NCBI GenBank assembly: GCA_964244895.1
Contig: CAXTKV010000150.1
Coordinates: forward strand, 1 to 13,513
Origin: an uncultured Deinococcales bacterium
Lineage (GTDB): Bacteria > Deinococcota > Deinococci > Deinococcales > JAAFIG01
Direction: 5' to 3'
DNA length: 13,513 nt
How positions within the stretch are numbered: the first letter of the stretch is position 1; each line of letters starts with the position of its first letter. Below the pieces are notes generated by a model. That model was not told the DNA's origin and did not search any database. It saw only the letters and a program-made list of their open reading frames with translations. This document shows positions 6,230-13,513 of this stretch, piece by piece. Position numbers and translations under genes: made by a program.

Positions 6230-9200
6230 CAATCTTCTTATTCAGTTTGCCTGGAAAGCGGTGGCTCGGCGGACGGGCTTCCGCACCCGGCGGAAGCGAC
6301 GAGCCGATCCGCGATGCGATCTTCAGCCTCGAGCGGCTCGAGCAGCACGCTTCTGATCTGGCCGCGCAGCACACCTTGACGCGAGATCCACGCCGAGGTC
6401 GCGGCCTCACGGGGCGTCTGCGCGACAACGCTCGCGTGTTGCTGGTCTCGTACCGCGCCATCGTGAAAGCAGTTCAGGACGAACGCTCGATCACGCCCGC
6501 CGCCGAATGGTTGGTGGACAATTTCTACGTGGTGGACGAGCAACTGCGCGAGATCGTCCGAGATTTGCCGAATGGGTTCTACCAGCGTTTGCCGAAGCTC
6601 GCCAGCGGGCCGCTCGAGCAATACCCTCGGGTCTTCGGGCTCGCGTGGGCTTTCGTGGCTCACAGCGACAGCCGTTTCGATCCGGACGCGCTGACGCAAT
6701 TTGTTCACGCGTACCAGCGCGGACAATCGCTCGAGATCGGTGAGCTGTGGGCCTTGCCGATCACCTTACGGATCGTGCTGATCGAAAACCTCCGCCGCCT
6801 ATCTGAGCGCGTCATCGCAGCTCGAGAGGCTCGAGAGGCGGCGGACAGGTTCGCCGATGATCTGCTCGGGTTGAGCGGACGAGCGCCGCAACCGCTCGCG
6901 GCGATGCTCGAACGGCTCGATCGTCGGGTGTTGCCGCGCGCCTTCGTGGTGCAACTGACACAGAGAATGCGCGAGCAGCAGGAAGCCGCTCAGGTCATGC
7001 ACTGGCTCGAGACTCGGCTGAGCGCGCAGCACACCACGCCGGACGAGGCGGTCAGCGACGAGTACCAGTCGCAGGGCGCAGCCAACGTGACGGTGCGAAA
7101 CGTGATCACCAGCATGCGGCTGATCTCAGCGGTCGATTGGGCGGTGTTCTTCGAGTCGGTCAGCTCGGTGGACGAGGTGCTGCGCGAGCGTCGAGGTTTC
7201 TCGCAATCTGATTTTGCCACTCGGGATCGTTACCGTCACGCCGTCGAGGAACTGGCGCGAGGGTCCAATCACTCCGAGGTCGAAATCGCACGTTTCGCGG
7301 TGATGCTCGCATCGAACGCTGAGATTTCAGCCGATGACGCCACCGCTCGAGGTGTGGAAGGTAAACGACCAGGCGCTGAACCGGAATCTGGAGTGCTTGA
7401 TCGGCTCGCCGACCCCGGTCACTACCTGATCTCGGGCGGACGAGGAATGCTCGAGCGCACGGTGGGTTTTCGCGTCACACCGGGAAAGTGGTTGTTTCGC
7501 GCTTACCGGGCAGCCGCCCTGCCAGGGTATCTCGGCACGATCACGCTGGTTGCTGTCGCCATCGTTGCCCTCGGATTCTTGATGCTCGATCCACGGGTTG
7601 GCCTGCTCGAACGCGTGGCGCTGATCACGCTCGCGCTGATCCCAGCTTCCGATCTCGCCTTGGCGCTGGTGAACGGCTACGTGATTACCATCTTCAAGCC
7701 TCGGGCGCTCGCCAAGCTCGAACTCAAAGATGGCGTGACCGCCAGTCTCCGCACGGTCATCGCCGTGCCGACGCTGCTGACATCGAAAGCGCTGGTGCTC
7801 GAGGAACTCGAACGCCTCGAGGTGCGTTACCTGGCGAACGCGAGCGGCGATCTGCGGTTCGCGCTGCTGGGCGATTTTTCGGACGCGCCGTCCGAGACGA
7901 TGCCGGGCGACGAAGCCTTGCTCGATCTCGCGCGAGAGGCGCTCCAGGAACTCAATCAACGCCACGGTGCAGCGCCCGGTGGAGGATCGCGCTTTCTGCT
8001 GTTTCACCGGAACCGTCTGTGGAGCGAGAGCGAACAGACCTGGATGGGCTGGGAGCGCAAGCGCGGCAAGCTTCACGAGTTCAATCAATTGCTGCGCGGC
8101 GCAACCGATACCAGCTTCGTGAGCCTAAGCGCCGCGCCGCTCGAGGTTCCTTCAAACGTGCGTTTCGTGATCACGCTCGATGCCGATACGCGCCTGCCGC
8201 GCGGCGCGGCGAGCAGTCTCGTCGGCGCGATGGCGCACCCGCTGAACCGACCGCGCCTCGATCCCGATTCCAACCGCGTGCTCGAGGGGTACGCCGTGCT
8301 GCAACCGCGCATCACGCTGTCCCTGCCCGCCGAGCGCGAGGGCACGGTCTTTCAGCAGGTCTTCTCGAGCCACGCGGGTATGGATCCGTACGCCAGCGCC
8401 GTCTCGGACGTGTACCAGGATCTGTTCGGCGAGGGCAGTTACGCGGGCAAGGGGATCTACGACGTGGACGCGTTCGAGACGGCGCTGAGCGGGCGCGTGC
8501 CGGAGACGGCGCTCCTCAGCCACGACCTGTTCGAGGGTCTGTTCGCCCGCGCCGGGCTGGTGAGCGATGTCGAACTCGTCGAGGAGTACCCGTCCCACTA
8601 CGGCGTTCGAGCCGCCCGGCAGCACCGCTGGGTGCGCGGCGACTGGCAACTCCTGCCGTGGGTATTCTCGAGCCGAGCGCCGATCTCGACCATCGGACGC
8701 TGGAAGCTCCTGGACAATTTGCGGCGCAGCCTCTCGCCGATTGCGCTGCTGCTGGCGCTGGTTTGTGGCTGGGTCACACCCGGTGTCAACGCGCTCGGAT
8801 GGACGGGCTTCCTATTGGGCACGATGGCGCTCCCGGTCTTGATGCCATTTTTCACCGCTTTGACACCGCCCCGTTCCGATGTCTCGAGGCGCAGCTATGC
8901 GCTCGCGCTGGGCGAGAAACTGGTGCTCGGGATCTGGCAACTGGTTCTGAATGTAACGCTGCTGGCCGATCAAACCTGGCTGATGCTCGATGCAATTGCC
9001 CGCACGCTGGGTCGCGTGTTCGTGACGCGTCAAAACATGCTTGAGTGGCGCACCGCCGCACAATCGCAATCTGGAGCCGATCTCGAGCTTCTCGGGTTTT
9101 ACCGCCGGATGATCGGTGCGCCAGCGCTGGCGCTCGCAACTGGCACGCTCGTCCTCTGGCTCCGGCCAGCGTTGTGGTCAATCGCGTTGCCGTTCGTGGC

Positions 9201-12200
9201 CCTGTGGGCGTTATCGCCCGTGGTAGCGCGCTGGGCGAGTCTGCACAGACCGTCGCGCCGAATCGAGCCGCTGCCCGATCACGACCGGACGGCGCTCCGG
9301 GTGATCGCGCGGCGCACCTGGCGATTCTTCGAGCGTTTCGTCGGGCCGGAAGATCATTACCTACCGCCCGACAACTTCCAGGAAGACCCGCAGCCGAAAA
9401 TTGCGCATCGCACCTCACCGACGAACATCGGGCTGGCGCTCTTATCCACCGTGTCCGCGCACGACTTCGGCTGGATCGGGGCGCTGGAAACCGTCGAACG
9501 GCTCGAGTTGATGCTGGACGCCGTCGAAAGTCTCGAGTTTTACCGAGGACACCTGTACAACTGGTACGACACTCAAAATTTGCAACCGCTCGAGCCGAGG
9601 TACGTCTCGACGGTGGACAGCGGCAACCTGGCTGGACACCTGATCGCACTCACCCAGGCGTGCCTCGAGATGAGGACGCGCCCGCTGTTTGATGATCGGG
9701 TGCTCAAAGGCATACACGATGCGCAGCGCCTGGCGCGAACGGCTGCGGCCCGCGTTCCAGCCGATCAGCGCCCGCAGACGGTCAGCGCGCGACAACTCGC
9801 AGCGACGCTCGATGCGCTCGAGAGCGCACTGGCTGGCTCACCCGCAGATTCGGCGGCTTGGGCGCTCAGGCTCGAGACGCTCGCACCCCTTTCGGACACG
9901 CTCGTGGATGTCGCGGGCACGCTGGTCAGCGAGCGAGGCAGCGCGGCGCTGTCACCGCAGATCGGCAGCGAACTGAACTTCTGGGCGCGGGCGGTGCGGG
10001 CGAGCGTTCAGAGCCACGTCCGCGACCTGCCCACGCGGTCTCAGGTATCGCATGATCTCGTGGCCCGACTCGAATCTCTAGCCATGCGCTCGGAGAAGAT
10101 CTTCGTGGCGATGGAGTTCGGGTTCCTGTTCGATGGCGTCAAGAAACTCTTCTCTATTGGTCTGGACACCGCCAACCACCGCCTCGATCCGAGCAGTTAC
10201 GACCTGCTGGCCTCCGAGGCGCGACTGACCAGCTTTATCGCCATCGCCAAAGACGAAGTGCCGACCTCGCACTGGTTCCATCTGGGCCGCGAGTTGACGC
10301 CGGTCGATCGCGGCACGGCGCTCGTGTCGTGGTCGGGTTCAATGTTCGAGTACCTGATGCCCCGACTCGTGATGCGCTCGCCGCCCGGCAGCCTGCTCGA
10401 GGAGACCTGCCACCTGGTCGTGCGCGGTCAGATCGCGTACGGCGCGAAGCGCAGCACCCCGTTTCAGACGGTTCCGTGGGGCATCTCCGAGTCCGCCTTC
10501 GCCGCCCGAGACCTGGCGTTGAATTACCAGTACCTCGCCTTCGGTGTGCCGGGTTTGGGCCTCAAGCGCGGCCTGGGTGACGACCTGGTGATCGCGCCTT
10601 ACGCGACCGCGCTGGCCGCGATGATCGATCCGGTCGCGGCGACCCGGAACCTCGCGAGGCTCGAGACGATGGGCGCGAGCGGCACGTACGGCTTCTACGA
10701 CGCGATCGACTTCACGCCCTCGCGCCAGCCCGAGGGCGCGCGTTACACGGTCGTGCGGAACTTTATGGCGCACCATTCCGGTATGGCGTTGTTGGCCCTC
10801 GCCAACGTGCTGCTGGAAGATTGTATGACTGATCGGTTTCACGCCGATGCGCGGGTGCAATCCGCCGAACTGCTCCTTCAAGAGCGCACACCTCGAGACG
10901 CAGCGGTCGCCCGGCCCCGGAGCGAGGAGGTTTCGGCGGCGCAAGCCTTCGATCCCGTCGCGCTCGGGGAGCGAAGCTTCAACTCGGTGCGAGAGGCATC
11001 GGTACAGACGCACCTGCTCTCCAATGGTCGCTACACGGTGATGCTGACGGTGGCCGGATCGGGCTACAGCCGCTGGAACGATCTGGCCGTGACCCGCTGG
11101 CGCGAAGACGCCACCCGCGACGCGTTCGGCAGTTTCATCTACCTGCGGGCCATCCCGGATTCTGGTCAGGATGGGCGCGTCTGGTCGGCGACACCTCAAC
11201 CCCTGGGTCTCGAGCCTGAAGGCTTCGAGGCCAGGTTCTTCGAGGATCGCGCGGAGTTTAAGCGCCGCGACGGAATTTTCGAAACGAAACTCGAGGTGAT
11301 TGTCTCGGCAGAGGACGACGCGGAGATGCGGCGCGTCTCGATCACGAACCACGGATCAAAAGCGAGAGAGGTCGAACTCACGTCCTACGCGGAGATCGTG
11401 CTCGCGCCACCGGCGACGGACGACGCGCACCCGGCCTTCGCCAAACTCTTCGTGCAGACCGAGTTCGTGCCCGGCGTGGGTGCGCTACTGGCGACGCGCC
11501 GCCCGCGCTCGCCGGATGAGCCTCGCGTCTGGGCGGCGCACACCGCCGTGATCGAGAGCATCACGCTCGAAGCTGGTACGCTCGAGGGCAGGGAACCAGA
11601 GACGCGCACCTCGAGCGCGCCGCAATTCGAGACGGATCGCGCACGCTTTCTCGGGCGGGGCTTCGATGTTCGCCATCCCGCCTCGGTCGAGAACGGTGGG
11701 CCACTCTCCGGCACGACCGGCGCGGTGCTCGATCCCGTGTTCAGCCTGAGCCGCCGCGTCCGACTGGAGCCGGGAGCCACGGCCCGAGTGACCTTCACCA
11801 CGCTGGCGGCCTCCACGCGTCAGGCTGCGCTCGAGATGGCCGACCGTCACCGCGACCCCGAAGCTTTCGAGCGCGGCCTGACGCTCGCATGGACGCGTGC
11901 CCAGGTGGAATCGCATCACCTCGGGATTACATCAGAAGAGGCGCACGTCTTTCAACGGCTCGCCAGTAGCGTGCTGTACCTGAACCCGGCCATGCGCCCA
12001 TCGAGCGAAGTCCTGGGGCGCAACACGCTCGGTCAACCCGCCCTGTGGCGGCACGGCATCTCGGGCGACCTGCCGATGGTGCTCGTGCGGATCGATGACG
12101 CCTCCGACCTCGAGATCGTGCGGCAGGTCTTGCGCGCGCACGAGTACTGGCGCACGAAGCGCCTCGCGGTTGATCTGGTGATCCTGAACGAGCAAGCCAC

Positions 12201-13513
12201 CTCGTACATGCAGGAGCTTCAGGAGGCGATCCTCGGTGCGGTGCGCTCGAGCCAGGCGACCGCCCGCGCTGAGGGTGCGCCACACGGCAGCGTCTACACC
12301 CTGCGCGCCGACCTGCTCTCGAGCGCAGAACAGGATCTGTTGCGGAGCACCGCACGGATCGTGTTGCTGAGCCGTCAGGGCACGCTGGGCGAACAGGTGG
12401 CGCGCAGCCGAACGCTCAAACCCCCGGTTCCTCGAACGACGATTCCTCGAAGCTTGACGAACGCGCTGACCAGCTTGAGTCAACTTCCAGTCCGGCGCTC
12501 GTCACCCCCAACCCCGAATACAGCCGTGAGCATCCCGCCTCGGCCCGATCTCGAGTTTTTCAACGGTCTCGGCGGCTTTTCCCGCGACGGCCAAGAATAC
12601 GTGATCGTGCTCGGCGAAAGTCAAAGGACGCCCGCGCCGTGGATCAACGTCATCGCCAACCCGGACTTCGGTTTCACGGTCTCCGAATCGGGTTCCGGCT
12701 ACACCTGGGCGCAAAACAGCCGCGAGAACAAACTCACGCCGTGGTCGAACGATCCCGTCAGCGACCCCGTCGGCGAGGTGATCTACATCCGCGACGAGGA
12801 CACGCTGGAAGTCTTTACCGCCACGCCTTTGCCGATCCGCGAGGAAAGCCCGTACGAAATTCGCCACGGGCAGGGCTACAGCAGTTTTGTGCACGACACG
12901 CACGGCATTCACCTCGAGCTGACGCAATTTGTACCGCCCACCGATCCGGTGAAAATTTGCAGGCTGAGCCTCGAGAACCGATCCGGCAAACCCCGCAGGC
13001 TTTCGGTCACGGCCTACCTGGAATGGGTGTTGGGCACGAGTCGGGAATCGAGCGCGCCGCACATCATCACCGAACTCGACCCGCAGACGAACGCGATCCT
13101 GGCCCGCAACCACTGGAGCGACGAGTTCGGGGGCCGGGTCGCCTTCGCCGATCTGATCGTGCAATGGCAATCCGGAACGCGAGCGCGTTTCACCTGCGAC
13201 CGCAGCGAATTCATCGGTCGTCACGGCAGCCTCGAGCGCCCCGCCGCGCTCGAACCGGGCGCTCGGCTGAGCGGCAGGATCGGAGCCGGTCTCGACCCGT
13301 GCGCCGCGTTGCAAACGACGGTCGAGTTGGCGGTCGGTGCCCGCATCGAAGTGGTCGTTCTGCTGGGTCAAACCGCGACCCTCGAGGAATCGCAGCGCCT
13401 GATCTCGTTCTACCGGAACACCGACATCAGCGCCGTCCTCGAGACCGTCAAGCGCGGCTGGAACGATCCGCTCGGCGCAGTGCAGGTCAGCACGCCGAAC
13501 CGCGCGATGGACC
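6226..13513 (+). CDS. ndvB: Cyclic beta-1,2-glucan synthase (NdvB/ChvB/Cgs): GT84 glucosyltransferase + GH189 cyclisation domain + GH94-like phosphorylase region; 3' part outside the window
   Basis: Frame +1 is open from after the TGA at 6151-6153 to the window end (~2430 codons). Motifs: FSLERLEQHA, TPAAEWLVDNFY, GELWALPITLR, WMGWERKRGKL (8041-8073), ITLDADT, YAGKGIYD, LLSHDLFEG, RQHRWVRGDWQ, membrane segments at ~7520-7690 and ~8730-9240, LPPDNFQE, RTSPTNIG, GHLYNWY, YDLLASEARL, SWSGSMFEYLMP, PWGISES, LLSNGRY, GISGDLP, FNGLGGF, TPAPWINVIAN, ENKLTPWSNDPV. The start is uncertain (GTG 6163, TTG 6226 or TTG 6247; no early in-frame ATG). Confidence 0.95.
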   Translation, partial: MTIFLFSLPGKRWLGGRASAPGGSDEPIRDAIFSLERLEQHASDLAAQHTLTRDPRRGRGLTGRLRDNARVLLVSYRAIVKAVQDERSITPAAEWLVDNFYVVDEQLREIVRDLPNGFYQRLPKLASGPLEQYPRVFGLAWAFVAHSDSRFDPDALTQFVHAYQRGQSLEIGELWALPITLRIVLIENLRRLSERVIAAREAREAADRFADDLLGLSGRAPQPLAAMLERLDRRVLPRAFVVQLTQRMREQQEAAQVMHWLETRLSAQHTTPDEAVSDEYQSQGAANVTVRNVITSMRLISAVDWAVFFESVSSVDEVLRERRGFSQSDFATRDRYRHAVEELARGSNHSEVEIARFAVMLASNAEISADDATARGVEGKRPGAEPESGVLDRLADPGHYLISGGRGMLERTVGFRVTPGKWLFRAYRAAALPGYLGTITLVAVAIVALGFLMLDPRVGLLERVALITLALIPASDLALALVNGYVITIFKPRALAKLELKDGVTASLRTVIAVPTLLTSKALVLEELERLEVRYLANASGDLRFALLGDFSDAPSETMPGDEALLDLAREALQELNQRHGAAPGGGSRFLLFHRNRLWSESEQTWMGWERKRGKLHEFNQLLRGATDTSFVSLSAAPLEVPSNVRFVITLDADTRLPRGAASSLVGAMAHPLNRPRLDPDSNRVLEGYAVLQPRITLSLPAEREGTVFQQVFSSHAGMDPYASAVSDVYQDLFGEGSYAGKGIYDVDAFETALSGRVPETALLSHDLFEGLFARAGLVSDVELVEEYPSHYGVRAARQHRWVRGDWQLLPWVFSSRAPISTIGRWKLLDNLRRSLSPIALLLALVCGWVTPGVNALGWTGFLLGTMALPVLMPFFTALTPPRSDVSRRSYALALGEKLVLGIWQLVLNVTLLADQTWLMLDAIARTLGRVFVTRQNMLEWRTAAQSQSGADLELLGFYRRMIGAPALALATGTLVLWLRPALWSIALPFVALWALSPVVARWASLHRPSRRIEPLPDHDRTALRVIARRTWRFFERFVGPEDHYLPPDNFQEDPQPKIAHRTSPTNIGLALLSTVSAHDFGWIGALETVERLELMLDAVESLEFYRGHLYNWYDTQNLQPLEPRYVSTVDSGNLAGHLIALTQACLEMRTRPLFDDRVLKGIHDAQRLARTAAARVPADQRPQTVSARQLAATLDALESALAGSPADSAAWALRLETLAPLSDTLVDVAGTLVSERGSAALSPQIGSELNFWARAVRASVQSHVRDLPTRSQVSHDLVARLESLAMRSEKIFVAMEFGFLFDGVKKLFSIGLDTANHRLDPSSYDLLASEARLTSFIAIAKDEVPTSHWFHLGRELTPVDRGTALVSWSGSMFEYLMPRLVMRSPPGSLLEETCHLVVRGQIAYGAKRSTPFQTVPWGISESAFAARDLALNYQYLAFGVPGLGLKRGLGDDLVIAPYATALAAMIDPVAATRNLARLETMGASGTYGFYDAIDFTPSRQPEGARYTVVRNFMAHHSGMALLALANVLLEDCMTDRFHADARVQSAELLLQERTPRDAAVARPRSEEVSAAQAFDPVALGERSFNSVREASVQTHLLSNGRYTVMLTVAGSGYSRWNDLAVTRWREDATRDAFGSFIYLRAIPDSGQDGRVWSATPQPLGLEPEGFEARFFEDRAEFKRRDGIFETKLEVIVSAEDDAEMRRVSITNHGSKAREVELTSYAEIVLAPPATDDAHPAFAKLFVQTEFVPGVGALLATRRPRSPDEPRVWAAHTAVIESITLEAGTLEGREPETRTSSAPQFETDRARFLGRGFDVRHPASVENGGPLSGTTGAVLDPVFSLSRRVRLEPGATARVTFTTLAASTRQAALEMADRHRDPEAFERGLTLAWTRAQVESHHLGITSEEAHVFQRLASSVLYLNPAMRPSSEVLGRNTLGQPALWRHGISGDLPMVLVRIDDASDLEIVRQVLRAHEYWRTKRLAVDLVILNEQATSYMQELQEAILGAVRSSQATARAEGAPHGSVYTLRADLLSSAEQDLLRSTARIVLLSRQGTLGEQVARSRTLKPPVPRTTIPRSLTNALTSLSQLPVRRSSPPTPNTAVSIPPRPDLEFFNGLGGFSRDGQEYVIVLGESQRTPAPWINVIANPDFGFTVSESGSGYTWAQNSRENKLTPWSNDPVSDPVGEVIYIRDEDTLEVFTATPLPIREESPYEIRHGQGYSSFVHDTHGIHLELTQFVPPTDPVKICRLSLENRSGKPRRLSVTAYLEWVLGTSRESSAPHIITELDPQTNAILARNHWSDEFGGRVAFADLIVQWQSGTRARFTCDRSEFIGRHGSLERPAALEPGARLSGRIGAGLDPCAALQTTVELAVGARIEVVVLLGQTATLEESQRLISFYRNTDISAVLETVKRGWNDPLGAVQVSTPNRAMD

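Noticed and set aside
6226..6231. Perfect -35 hexamer TTGACA
   Set aside because: There is no -10-like box 16-18 nt downstream, and it coincides with the probable start of the coding sequence.
6238..13371. Track ORFs such as 7488..9044 (+), 9045..9692 (+), 10339..11352 (-) and 12502..13371 (-)
   Set aside because: They are alternative-frame or antisense ORFs inside the glucan synthase gene, Arg/Ala/Pro-rich or shadow-like, with no motifs.

Overview
GC-rich bacterial DNA. It is probably from the phylum Deinococcota, inferred from the Thermus/Deinococcus-type 7Fe ferredoxin, the regulator family and a leaderless TANNNT start. Left to right it holds: (1) a minus-strand AfsR/SARP-like BTAD-STAND ATPase-TPR regulator that runs off the left edge and is missing from the ORF track; (2) a palindrome-rich divergent intergenic region; (3) a 472-aa lipoprotein with a predicted 7-bladed beta-propeller and paired cysteines, followed by a terminator; (4) about 650 nt of unexplained, apparently lower-GC sequence and a small hypothetical gene; (5) a 7Fe ferredoxin; (6) a hairpin-rich spacer with a short upstream ORF; (7) a >2400-codon cyclic beta-1,2-glucan synthase (NdvB/ChvB/Cgs; GT84-GH189-GH94) that runs off the right edge and is also missing from the ORF track. 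The palindrome CTCGAG is strongly over-represented (about 69 copies by hand count). No rRNA, tRNA, CRISPR array or mobile element was seen.
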